Source: Pyrinomonadales bacterium (GTDB lineage: Bacteria > Acidobacteriota > Blastocatellia > Pyrinomonadales > Pyrinomonadaceae). From it: a stretch of 64,000 nucleotides of DNA. Below the pieces are notes generated by a model. That model had not been told where the DNA came from. It did not search any database and saw only the letters and a list, made by a program, of their open reading frames with translations. Positions 26,672 to 35,855 of this stretch are shown piece after piece. Position numbers and translations under genes: made by a program. The first letter of the stretch is position 1; each line of letters opens with the position of its first letter. The DNA is taken from positions 9,954 to 73,953 of the forward strand of contig JBBPXZ010000006.1 of assembly GCA_038200355.1 (NCBI GenBank), written 5' to 3'.

Positions 26672-28453
26672 ATGAAAACATTCCTTTTTAAGGTTTTCAG
26701 TTTAACCGCAATTTTAATTTTTATATCCGTTTCTTTTACGGGCGCGCAAACACCTGAAGCACGGCAGGCAGAAGCGCGCGTCAATCAAATCACAACCGAC
26801 GCGGGCAGATACTTTAAACAAGGTCTGCTCAGCGTTCAGGATAATCGCCGCCCGCAGGCTGGCGAAGATTTCGATAAAGCGGTCGAAGTTTTTCTGATGT
26901 CGTCGGTCAACGTGGGTTCAAACCAGAAATTAAACGGCTGCTACAGCCAGTTGATTGAAACGATTTATCTGATGGAATTTCCGTCGGCACAAAAGCCGCC
27001 GCAAATTAAGAATCTCGCGGCGACGTGCGGCTGGAGCGTTGATAATCAATTAGCCGATGGCGTAATTGCAAAACTCGTCCAAAAACCGATTCAAACCGAT
27101 GCCGCTAAAACAAACAACGGCGCTTTGATTTCTTCGGCGGCGAGCGGCACGGCTAATACGTCCGACATCGCGCAGGGCTTTAACGAGCAGAAATTCGAGC
27201 CGGCAATCGGCGACGAACTGGCGCGTGTCGAACTGACGCCCGAAGAACAAAACGTCATCAACACGCCCGAAGGTCAACAGCAGTATCAATTAATACAACT
27301 TGCCATCGCCAATAAATCATTCGGATTTAATTTCCAGATGCACCCGATGGTTCAGCAGTTTGTCGGTTATTATCAGGGACGGGGGCGGGCGACAATGACC
27401 ACCGGACTTTATCGTTCGGGAATGTTTATGCGAATGGCGCGCCGTATTTTCCGCGAGGAAGGCGTTCCCGAAAACGTTGCGTGGCTCGGACAGGTCGAAA
27501 GCGCGTGGAAACCGCAGGCAATGTCGTGGGCGTCGGCGTCGGGTTTGTGGCAGTTCATTCCCGGAACGGCGGCGCGTTTCGGTCTGCGCCGCACGGCTCA
27601 TATCGACGAGCGAAACAGTTTTGAAGCCGCGACGCGCGCCTCGGCAAAGTATTTGAAGTTTCTGGCGAACCGTTACGGCGGCAACTGGGAGCTGGCGATG
27701 GGCGCGTATAACTGCGGCGAAGGCAACGTCGACCGCGCCGTCCGCCGCGCCGGAGCGCTGAATTTCTGGGCGGCTTATCCGTATCTGCCGCAGGAGACGC
27801 GCAATTACGTGCCGAACATTTTGGCGACGATTTTGATTGCCAACAGCCCGCAGCAATACGGCTTCGGACACGTTCGACCGGCGGCGCAGCTGACTTACGA
27901 CCAGGTGCGTGTTCCGTCTTCGACGAATTTGAGTCTTCTGGCGCAGGCTTCGGACACGACGGTCGATTATCTGCGTTACCTGAACCCCGAACTTCGCACG
28001 AATATGTCGCCGCCCGAACCGTATATCATTCGTGTTCCGCCCGGAAAGGCGAACGGAGTAGTCGCCGTATTCCGCAAACTTCCTGCCGGAAACCGCAACA
28101 CGGCGGCAATAGCTAAAACAGCGGCGGGTGAAACGTGGCAGAATATTTCCAATCGCACGGGCATTCCGGTCGAACAACTGATAGCGGCGAACGGCGGCTC
28201 GAATGTGCCGAAGGGAAAAATTATCGTGCCGCAGACCGGAATGGTTAAAAGTATCGCTTATGTTCGCCCGACGACGACAGCGACTGCGCCGCAGACGAGC
28301 GGCATAACGATAGTCAAAGCCCAAGCCGGCGATACGGTTACGAAACTCGCGCAGCGCCATAACGCTTCGCCGGTTGACGTTGCCAAATTTAACGGCTTGT
28401 TTCCGAATTCGATTTTACCGGCAGGACGCGAAGTTAAAATTCCGAGCAGGTAA
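26672..28453 (+). CDS. exported lytic transglycosylase (SLT domain) with three LysM repeats (MltD-like)
   Basis: It has a signal peptide and the catalytic Glu context LGQVESAWKP..SGLWQFIPGTA. LysM modules lie near aa 400-590. Confidence 0.85.
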   Translation: MKTFLFKVFSLTAILIFISVSFTGAQTPEARQAEARVNQITTDAGRYFKQGLLSVQDNRRPQAGEDFDKAVEVFLMSSVNVGSNQKLNGCYSQLIETIYLMEFPSAQKPPQIKNLAATCGWSVDNQLADGVIAKLVQKPIQTDAAKTNNGALISSAASGTANTSDIAQGFNEQKFEPAIGDELARVELTPEEQNVINTPEGQQQYQLIQLAIANKSFGFNFQMHPMVQQFVGYYQGRGRATMTTGLYRSGMFMRMARRIFREEGVPENVAWLGQVESAWKPQAMSWASASGLWQFIPGTAARFGLRRTAHIDERNSFEAATRASAKYLKFLANRYGGNWELAMGAYNCGEGNVDRAVRRAGALNFWAAYPYLPQETRNYVPNILATILIANSPQQYGFGHVRPAAQLTYDQVRVPSSTNLSLLAQASDTTVDYLRYLNPELRTNMSPPEPYIIRVPPGKANGVVAVFRKLPAGNRNTAAIAKTAAGETWQNISNRTGIPVEQLIAANGGSNVPKGKIIVPQTGMVKSIAYVRPTTTATAPQTSGITIVKAQAGDTVTKLAQRHNASPVDVAKFNGLFPNSILPAGREVKIPSR

Positions 28454-28474
28454 AATCGCCGGTTACGGCAAACG

Positions 28475-28516
28475 AAAAAAGATGATTGAGTTACAAAACT
28501 CAATCATCTTTTTTTA
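28475..28516. terminator. bidirectional intrinsic terminator
   Basis: AAAAAAGATGATTGAGTT-acaa-AACTCAATCATCTTTTTTT. Confidence 0.88.
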
Positions 28517-28550
28517 TTGAAAATAAGGTTGATTTTAATTTTATTCTCGG

Positions 28551-31352
28551 TTATCTGTCCGGCTTTGGAGCGAAAGCCGTTTTCGCGACCGAACCGACAA
28601 CCACTGCCCAGACTGCCGCGCCGACAACTGTTTCGAGATTTATTTTACTTAATAATCCCGCCTTTGCAGCGCCCGGAAGCGCTTCGGCGTGTCGTGTGTC
28701 CGCGCAGCCGTCAGCGTAATCGTAATCGAATCTGCCAACTGTTTCCGAATCGCCCGTCTGTGATTTGTGCGGCGCAACGGTGATGCGGACAAATTTTGAA
28801 ACCGGTTGGTTGCTGCGGTCGGCAGTCGTATCGATTGGCACAAGCACATTTGTTTCCGGGTAATACGCAGCGGTGCAGCCGGTCGGAATGTCATACGGCA
28901 CGACGATAAAACGGCTGGCGCGGCGTTCCGCGCCGTCTTCGGAATGACTGGTTAAATCGACGACCTGACCCGTTTTCAAATCGCGCTCGCGCATATTTTC
29001 GGGGTTCATCAGGATAACGCGCCGCTCGTTGTGTATGCCGCGATAGCGGTCGTCGAGTCCGTAAATCGTCGTGTTAAACTGGTCGTGCGTCCGAATCGTC
29101 ATCATAATCAATTCGTTCGGCACAAAATTATGGATGGGAAGTTCGTGAACTGTGAAATTGGCTTTTCCGGTCGCGGTCGGAAATTTGCCGCGGCGCGGCT
29201 CGTTCGGCAGGTAGAATCCGCCGCCTTTGCGGACGCGCTCGTTGTAGTTTTCAAAACCGGGAATCGTGCGCTCGATTTTGTCGCGGATATTGTCGTAATC
29301 GACAACGAGGTTTTCCCAATCGACGTTTGTTTTATCGCCCGAAACGGTTTTCGCAAGGTTTGCGACAATCCACGACTCGCTTCGCAAATGATTGGAAATC
29401 GGTTTTAGAATGCCCCGCGACATCTGGACGACGCCCATCGTATTTTCGCACGACACAAACTGCTCGCCGCCCGCCTGCAAATCTTTTTCCGAACGCCCCA
29501 GACACGGCAGAATCAACGCCTGCTCGCCCGTAATCAAAGCCGTTCTGTTAAGTTTAGTGATAATCTGCGCGGTTAGTTTGCAGCGCCGCAAAGCCTTCGC
29601 CGTGTATTCGGTGTCGGGCGCGGCGGACAGAAAATTGCCGCCGAGCGCAAAGAAAATCCTGGCGCGTCCGACATACATCGCCTTGATTGATTCGACCGTA
29701 TCGTAACCGTGTTTGCGCGGCGCGGTGAAATTATATTCCTTGTCGAGCGCCTTTAGAAATTCTTCGCGCGGGCGCTCCCAGATGCCGACCGTGCGATCGC
29801 CCTGCACGTTTGAATGACCGCGCACCGGACACAAACCCGCGCCTTCTTTGCCGATTTGCCCGCGAAGCAGATGCAGGTTGACGATTTCCTGAATCGTCCC
29901 GACGCCGTTTTTCTGCTGCGTCAAACCCATCGCCCAACAGGTTATAACGCGCTCCGATTTCATATAAAGGCGGGCGAATTGCTCAATCGACTCACGACTG
30001 ACACCGCTTTGTTCGACAATATCGCTCCAAACGGCTTTTTCTAAATTCGCTCTGAATTCATCAAAACCGGCGGTGTCGCGTTCGATAAAATCTTTGTCGA
30101 TAACAGTTCCGGGATTCGTCCGTTCTGCCTCGAACATAAATTTCATCACGCCTTTGAGAATCGCCATATCGCCGTTGATGCGAACCGGCAAATGAAGGTC
30201 GGACAGCGGCGCGCCGCGATTTCCGAGTAAATCGACGGGAAATTTCAGGATATTTTTATATTCCTGCGGATTCGGGTTGACGACGTTCATCAAACCGGCT
30301 TCGGGCAGCGGATTTATCGAAATAATGCGCGCGCCGTTCTTCTTGGCGTGTTCGAGGCTGGTGAGCATTCGCGGGTGATTCGTTCCCGGATTCTGCCCGA
30401 TGATGACAATCAAATCGCATTTCTCGAAATCTTCGAGCGTAACCGTTCCCTTGCCGATGCCGATGCTTTCAGTCAGCGCCGTGCCGCTCGATTCGTGGCA
30501 CATATTCGAGCAGTCGGGCAAATTATTCGTGCCGTATTGCCGTACGAAAAGCTGGTAAAGATACGCCGCCTCGTTTGAGGCGCGACCGGACGTGTAAAAA
30601 ATTGCTTCGTCGGGCGAGTCGAGCGCGTTTAGTTCTCCGGCTAAAAGCATAAAAGCGTCGTCCCACGAAATCGTCTCGTAGTGCGCCGCGCCTTTGCGCA
30701 AAACCATCGGATTAGTAATTCGCCCCTGTCTGTTGAGCCAGTAATCGGATTTGCGCGAAAGCTCGGCAACCGTGTATTTCTTAAAAAATTCCGGCGTAAC
30801 CGTGTCGGTCATCGCTTCGTCGGCGACGGCTTTCGCGCCGTTTTCGCAAAACTCGAAAAAATGACGCTCGCCGTCCGGGTCAGCCCACGCGCACGATTGG
30901 CAATCGAAACCGTCTTTTTGATTCATCGTGCTAAGCGTCCTCAAGGTGCGAATGGCGCCCATTTTGCCGAGCGTGTGCCGCATCGTCGCAAAGATGGCGG
31001 GCAGCCCGGCGGCGGTATCTTCGATTTCCGAGACGCGCAAGCCCGTAAATTCTTCGTGCGTTTCAAAACGCGAGCCGCTCGTTCCTTCTAATTCGGCGGC
31101 AGCCGGCTGCGCGCCGTGCGAGTTTCGCCGCTCCGCCGTTTCCGCTCTTTTCATTTGTTCAATCTTGCCGCCCGCGCCGCCCGGCGCGGCGACGGCTTCG
31201 CGGATAATATCGTCTTCCGAGCGCAGATTTTCCTTGCCCGCCGTCCAATGACTCGGATTAAAGTTGTCGGCGCGGTTCGCCGCTTCGCCCGCGCCTTCGA
31301 TTTGCGTTCCTTCACGCGGCTCGCCAATTTGATTGTTTTCCTTATTGACCAT
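28551..31352 (-). CDS. molybdopterin oxidoreductase of the FdhF/YdeP family with N- and C-terminal extensions
   Basis: It has the Cys motif FDCQSCAWADP, molybdopterin-binding blocks (IIGQNPGTNHPRM, CWAMGLTQ) and a dinucleotide-binding C-domain. There are ~100 extra aa at the N-terminus and ~70 at the C-terminus. Confidence 0.82.
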   Translation of the reverse strand: MVNKENNQIGEPREGTQIEGAGEAANRADNFNPSHWTAGKENLRSEDDIIREAVAAPGGAGGKIEQMKRAETAERRNSHGAQPAAAELEGTSGSRFETHEEFTGLRVSEIEDTAAGLPAIFATMRHTLGKMGAIRTLRTLSTMNQKDGFDCQSCAWADPDGERHFFEFCENGAKAVADEAMTDTVTPEFFKKYTVAELSRKSDYWLNRQGRITNPMVLRKGAAHYETISWDDAFMLLAGELNALDSPDEAIFYTSGRASNEAAYLYQLFVRQYGTNNLPDCSNMCHESSGTALTESIGIGKGTVTLEDFEKCDLIVIIGQNPGTNHPRMLTSLEHAKKNGARIISINPLPEAGLMNVVNPNPQEYKNILKFPVDLLGNRGAPLSDLHLPVRINGDMAILKGVMKFMFEAERTNPGTVIDKDFIERDTAGFDEFRANLEKAVWSDIVEQSGVSRESIEQFARLYMKSERVITCWAMGLTQQKNGVGTIQEIVNLHLLRGQIGKEGAGLCPVRGHSNVQGDRTVGIWERPREEFLKALDKEYNFTAPRKHGYDTVESIKAMYVGRARIFFALGGNFLSAAPDTEYTAKALRRCKLTAQIITKLNRTALITGEQALILPCLGRSEKDLQAGGEQFVSCENTMGVVQMSRGILKPISNHLRSESWIVANLAKTVSGDKTNVDWENLVVDYDNIRDKIERTIPGFENYNERVRKGGGFYLPNEPRRGKFPTATGKANFTVHELPIHNFVPNELIMMTIRTHDQFNTTIYGLDDRYRGIHNERRVILMNPENMRERDLKTGQVVDLTSHSEDGAERRASRFIVVPYDIPTGCTAAYYPETNVLVPIDTTADRSNQPVSKFVRITVAPHKSQTGDSETVGRFDYDYADGCADTRHAEALPGAAKAGLLSKINLETVVGAAVWAVVVGSVAKTAFAPKPDR

Positions 31353-31445
31353 TTCCAGATTTTGCCGAATCGAATTCTACGCCTTAACCTGATAAATTCA
31401 AATGCTTTATCAAAATCAAAGAGACGGTTAAAAGAATGATTTTTT

Positions 31446-31534
31446 GCCCGCGAAACACACGAAACACACGAAAGAAAAATATATCGAGTTTATTTTCATT
31501 CCTTTTTCGTGTTCTTTCGCGTTCTTTCGCGGGC
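31446..31534. repeat. 9/10-nt-periodic word hairpin (CGAAACACA / TTCTTTCGCG words)
   Basis: The left arm is GCCCGCGAAACACACGAAACACACGAAAGAAAAA. The right arm is CCTTTTTCGTGTTCTTTCGCGTTCTTTCGCGGGC. Confidence 0.75.
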
Positions 31535-31573
31535 AGTATCGACAAAGATTCGATAACAGACAAAATCAATTTG

Positions 31574-32413
31574 TTATCTCGTCCCGAAGGTGTTGCAGCG
31601 CCTGATGTCGCCGCTTTGAAAGCCCTGATTAAACCAGCTCATTCTGTCGCTTGCCGAACCGTGCGTGAACGATTCGGGAACGACGTAGCCCTGCGCCTGT
31701 TTCTGAATCGAATCGTCGCCGACTGCTGACGCTGCTTTGAGCGCTTCTTCGGCGTCGCCCGCTTCGAGCAAGCCTTTTTTCTGGGCGTAGAAACCCCAGA
31801 CACCGGCGTAGCAGTCGGCTTGCAGTTCAAGTCGAACCGACATTTCATTGCTGTTTCCGGCTGCCTGCACCTTGTCCATCGTGCCTAGAAGGTCTTGAAC
31901 GTGATGCCCGACTTCGTGCGCCACGACGTATGCCTGCGCGAAATCGCCCGGCGCGCCGAACTGGCTTTTCAATTCATCGAAAAAGGCGAAATCCAGATAC
32001 AATTTGCCGTCACCCGGACAATAAAACGGTCCGGTCGATGAACTCGCCTGACCGCAGGCTGAGGGATATTGTCCGCTAAAAAGCACGAGCTTCGGTTCGG
32101 TGTAGCGAACGCGCGCCTGCTGCGGCAAAATCTGATTCCAGGTGTCTTCCGTGCTTTTTAGAACCGACGAAATAAACCGCTTCTGCGCGTCGGTCTGCGC
32201 CTGGCTCGGCTGCTGTCTCTGCGATTGCTGCTGCTGAACGCCGCCCGGCGCGTCTGCTCCGCCCAATTGATTGAGCGCGCTCGAATCGCCGCTGAAAAAA
32301 TATATCGCAATCGCCAGCACAATCGTTCCCAAACCGCCGCCGCCGAGCGCCAAACCTTTGCCGCCCATTCCGCGCCGGTCTTCTACATTACTGCTTTGTC
32401 CGTCTTCCAACAT
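31574..32413 (-). CDS. ypfJ: neutral zinc metallopeptidase (YpfJ family)
   Basis: It has an N-terminal TM helix and the HExxH motif in VVAHEVGHHVQD, colinear with the YpfJ family. Confidence 0.85.
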   Translation of the reverse strand: MLEDGQSSNVEDRRGMGGKGLALGGGGLGTIVLAIAIYFFSGDSSALNQLGGADAPGGVQQQQSQRQQPSQAQTDAQKRFISSVLKSTEDTWNQILPQQARVRYTEPKLVLFSGQYPSACGQASSSTGPFYCPGDGKLYLDFAFFDELKSQFGAPGDFAQAYVVAHEVGHHVQDLLGTMDKVQAAGNSNEMSVRLELQADCYAGVWGFYAQKKGLLEAGDAEEALKAASAVGDDSIQKQAQGYVVPESFTHGSASDRMSWFNQGFQSGDIRRCNTFGTR

Positions 32414-32517
32414 TTACGTTCACCTCTGATTTTTCCGCTTTGTCGCGCAAATTTTTTACCAAGTTTTCAAATATTAACATTTTTGCCGAAATCGCATAAA
32501 ACTTTTATTCTAAAAAA

Positions 32518-33387
32518 ATGAATTTAAGCGAATGGCGAGCGGCGGGCGAATTTTTCGATTATAAAAGTTTTCCGATTTTCTACCGCCGAAGCGCGAACCG
32601 CAGCGAAACTTTGCTTCTGCTGCACGGTTTTCCGACTTCCTCGCGCGATTATCATAAAATCTGGGACACCTTGAGCGAGAATTTTTCCGTCGTCGCTTTC
32701 GATATGATTGGCTACGGTTTTTCCGACAAGCCTTTTGATTTCGATTACACGACGTTTAATCAAACGGACATTTTAGAAGCGTTAATCAAATATTCAGAAA
32801 TCGAAAAAATTCACATTCTCGCGCACGATTACGGCAATACGATTACGCTCGAACTGCTCGCCCGCGCCGCGGAAAATCGTCTTAATTTCTCGATTGAAAC
32901 CGTTTGCTTCCTCAACGGCGCGCTGTTTCCCGAAACGAATCGCCCGGTTTTGGCGCAGAAACTTCTCTTAAGCCCGCTCGGTTTTCTGTTCGGCAGATTG
33001 ATTTCCGACCGGCTCTTTAAAAAGAATTTAGCTTCGATTTTCGGCAGAAATACACAGCCGACAAACGAAGAGTTAAACGAATTCCTGCGCGTTTTCAAAT
33101 TTAACGACGGACGACGAATCGCTCATAAACTCGTCCGTTATATGACCGAACGCGAAACGAACCGGGCGCGCTGGCTCTCCGTCCTGCAAAATATGACGCA
33201 GCCGTTCCGCTTTATAAACGGTTTGGAAGATAAAGTTTCCGGCGCGCATCTGGTCGGGAGATTCCGCGAGCTTGTGCCGCGTCAAACTGACATTATCGAA
33301 CTTGAGGAAATCGGACATTATCCGCATTTTGAAGCGCCCGAAAAGGTCTTGCGCCATTTTTTCGATTTTCACGAAAAGGTTTTGTAA
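32518..33387 (+). CDS. alpha/beta hydrolase (epoxide-hydrolase/dehalogenase-like, Asp nucleophile)
   Basis: It has the HGFPTSS oxyanion motif, the nucleophile elbow AHDYG and a C-terminal His in IGHYPHFE. Confidence 0.8.
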   Translation: MNLSEWRAAGEFFDYKSFPIFYRRSANRSETLLLLHGFPTSSRDYHKIWDTLSENFSVVAFDMIGYGFSDKPFDFDYTTFNQTDILEALIKYSEIEKIHILAHDYGNTITLELLARAAENRLNFSIETVCFLNGALFPETNRPVLAQKLLLSPLGFLFGRLISDRLFKKNLASIFGRNTQPTNEELNEFLRVFKFNDGRRIAHKLVRYMTERETNRARWLSVLQNMTQPFRFINGLEDKVSGAHLVGRFRELVPRQTDIIELEEIGHYPHFEAPEKVLRHFFDFHEKVL

Positions 33388-33390
33388 AAA

Positions 33391-33444
33391 GGAGCGCGGA
33401 CTTTAGTCCGCTTCTTATGCGATGCCAACTAAAGTCCGCGCTCC
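33391..33444 (+). terminator. long hairpin after the hydrolase gene
   Basis: GGAGCGCGGACTTTAGT-20 nt-ACTAAAGTCCGCGCTCC. The left arm itself contains the palindrome GCGGACTTTAGTCCGC. Confidence 0.65.
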
Positions 33445-33614
33445 TTTGCGGCGGCAGCTTTTAACTTGAAAAGTGTTTTCCGCCTGCGAAGTTCTAACGC
33501 AAAACCTTGACAGATGTAGAGTTAGGTCATTATCATTGCTGTTGCGGGCAAACGGAAAAAGTTTTTGTTTCAACATTTTCTATATTTTCTATAATTCTGT
33601 AAAAGGACGTAAAT

Positions 33615-33896
33615 ATGATTAAACTCGATATTGTAAATCGCGTGGCGGACAAAACCGGCGTGCCGAAACAAAAAGCCGAACAGGTGGTTGACGCGCTTTT
33701 TAACGCGATGAAGGACGCGCTGGCGCAGGGCAAACGCATCGAGCTGCGCGGCTTCGGCGTTTTCGTCGTCAAAGCCAGAAAGCGCGGCATCGGGCGCAAC
33801 CCGCGCACCGGAGCGGAAGTGCCGATTCCGGCTGGAAAAACCATTCGCTTCAAACCGGGAAAAGAGCTTCAGGCGAAAACGGTCGGGAAGAAATAG
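33615..33896 (+). CDS. HU/IHF family DNA-binding protein
   Basis: 93 aa with the beta-arm motif GFGVFVVKARKRGIGRNPRTGAEVPIPAGKTIRFKPGKEL. Confidence 0.92.
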   Translation: MIKLDIVNRVADKTGVPKQKAEQVVDALFNAMKDALAQGKRIELRGFGVFVVKARKRGIGRNPRTGAEVPIPAGKTIRFKPGKELQAKTVGKK

Positions 33897-33899
33897 CAT

Positions 33900-33979
33900 A
33901 AATTACGAATTGCGAATTACCAATTACGAATGTCGAAATTGTTTTTAACTTGTAATTCGTAATTGATTATCCGTAATTT
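33900..33979. repeat. AATTACG word hairpin (7-nt period) between the HU/IHF and M50 genes
   Basis: The left arm is AAATTACGAATTGCGAATTACCAATTACGAATG. The right arm is CTTGTAATTCGTAATTGATTATCCGTAATTT. Confidence 0.78.
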
Positions 33980-33985
33980 TTTTTT

Positions 33986-35014
33986 GTGTCTAACTTAAAT
34001 TCACTTGCCAATCAGCTTTTCGACCGCCGCGAAGCGATGCGCCCGACCGCTCGAACGTGGGCGAAACACATCGCTTTACTGCTCGCCGCGCTCGTTACCG
34101 TGACCATCGCGGGCGTTCTCGAACCGTTCGGATTTATACCGATTTTCCCCGACGCCGACCCGCAGACTTCGGCGGAAATTCTGGAATTTCTCGCCTTTTT
34201 CCCGATACATTATCTTCAGCTCATTTTTACGACAATCGTAAAGCTGGCAACCGATTTTGAAACATTAAAATACGGCTTGAGCTTTTCGCTTTCCCTGCTG
34301 TCGATTTTAACGGCGCACGAAGCCGGACATTACGTCGCCTGCCGGCTCTACAAAGTTGACGCGACCTTGCCGTATTTTATACCGCTGCCGCCGCTGCTCG
34401 GTCCTGCCGGAACTTTTGGCGCGTTCATCAAAATAGTTTCGCCGCTGCCGTCGCGCCGCGCCACGTTCGACATCGGCGTCGCCGGTCCGATTGCCGGTTT
34501 TATAACTTTAATTCCGGTTGCCGTCATCGGTCTGCTGACGATGGAGCAAATCGCGCCCGATAAAATTACTCAATTGCAGAGCGGTCTGCATTTTGCCGAC
34601 CCGTTATTTATTCAGCTTTTAGGCAAAGTTCTGGGCGTCGATTCGAGTTCGGGATTTTTCAATCCGTTTCTGGCGGCGGCGTGGATTGGGCTTTTGGTTA
34701 CGAGCTTAAACCTGATTCCGTCGGGGCAACTCGATGGCGGACACGCCGTCTACGCCGCTTTCGGCGCGGCGGTTCACCGCTGGACGGGCAGAATCGCGTT
34801 TGCCGCAATGGTGATTCTGTCAATTTGCGGCTGGATTTTCTACACCAGTCCGAGCGGAATTTTATTCACGATTCTGCTCGCCGTAATGCTCAAAGTCCGC
34901 CACCCTGAACCGCTCGACGACGCGCCGCTCAACTTTCCGCGCATACTAATCGCCATTCTAACGCTCCTGATTTTCGTTTTGTGCTTCGTACCGTTTCCGA
35001 TTCAGGTTAGGTGA
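33986..35014 (+). CDS. site-2 protease family (M50) membrane metalloprotease
   Basis: It has the HExxH motif (HEAGHYVA) in a TM helix and the second motif NLIPSGQLDGGH. The start is GTG. Confidence 0.85.
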   Translation: MSNLNSLANQLFDRREAMRPTARTWAKHIALLLAALVTVTIAGVLEPFGFIPIFPDADPQTSAEILEFLAFFPIHYLQLIFTTIVKLATDFETLKYGLSFSLSLLSILTAHEAGHYVACRLYKVDATLPYFIPLPPLLGPAGTFGAFIKIVSPLPSRRATFDIGVAGPIAGFITLIPVAVIGLLTMEQIAPDKITQLQSGLHFADPLFIQLLGKVLGVDSSSGFFNPFLAAAWIGLLVTSLNLIPSGQLDGGHAVYAAFGAAVHRWTGRIAFAAMVILSICGWIFYTSPSGILFTILLAVMLKVRHPEPLDDAPLNFPRILIAILTLLIFVLCFVPFPIQVR

Positions 35015-35068
35015 AAAGTTTCATTTCCGTACAAAGTGTTTTACTCTTTATTGCTTACAAAATTAAAT

Positions 35069-35824
35069 ATGAAACCAATCTTTTTAGCTGTAATATTTGC
35101 TCTGTTCATAACTTCTGTTTTTGCTCAAGAAGATACTGTTGAACAGATTATTCCGTCACATACAGCTTATTTATTCGACCAATATAATCCCAGCGAAATC
35201 TCTGTCGAGTCCGAGAAGCAAAAGATTGAATTGTTTGTGTTGCAAATTAAAAATAGTAAAACTTATGCACAAGGATATATTTATGTTTATAGAGGTATTT
35301 CCGATTATAAATTTAACGCTGAAGAACGAAGTAATTCTATCAATAAAGTTTTAACCTTAAATTTAGAAAATAATTCACTCGAATCATATCGGGCTTTTAC
35401 TAGATTTGGTGGCTTTCGTGAAGAATCAGTGATTGAATTAATAATTAAACCGTCAATTTCTGAAAGTGTTTCAGCATCACCTACAGCATCGCTTTTTGAT
35501 GTGAAGTATTATGACGACGCAACATTACCAAAAGGAACAATTCAAAAAACCGGCAAGCAGTTGTCAGATATAGTAACCAAAAAAGTTGAGCCGTTGCGAC
35601 CTGCGGCAGCTAAAGCAGTCCGCGCTTTTGGTGAAGTCGGTGTATTGATTAAAATTGACGAAAAGGGAAATGTCATTGATTCCAAAACAATTCTGGGACA
35701 TCCTTTGCTCCGCAACGCCTGTTCGGTTGCTACAACACATTGGCAGTTTAAACCACAAAAACAAAATAATGTTCCCGTTAAGGTAACAGGAATTGTCGTT
35801 TGTGATTTCAAACTTGATGAATGA
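35069..35824 (+). CDS. exported TonB C-terminal-domain protein encoded in a low-GC islet
   Basis: It has a signal peptide (MKPIFLAVIFALFITSVFAQ) and a C-terminal TonB_C-like block (KKVEPLRPAAAKAVRAFGEVGVLIKIDEKGNV...). The gene is visibly AT-rich. Confidence 0.72.
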   Translation: MKPIFLAVIFALFITSVFAQEDTVEQIIPSHTAYLFDQYNPSEISVESEKQKIELFVLQIKNSKTYAQGYIYVYRGISDYKFNAEERSNSINKVLTLNLENNSLESYRAFTRFGGFREESVIELIIKPSISESVSASPTASLFDVKYYDDATLPKGTIQKTGKQLSDIVTKKVEPLRPAAAKAVRAFGEVGVLIKIDEKGNVIDSKTILGHPLLRNACSVATTHWQFKPQKQNNVPVKVTGIVVCDFKLDE

Positions 35825-35855
35825 AAATTCTAAACTACTTCCCATAAAAATCGTT

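Noticed and set aside
27317-28360. A 347-aa ORF antisense to the LysM lytic transglycosylase. Similar antisense ORFs lie at 3302-3871, 7717-8226, 14303-15154, 20596-21153 and 61294-61845.
   Set aside because: The compositions are Arg/Ser-rich with no recognisable domains, and each overlaps a strongly supported gene on the other strand.
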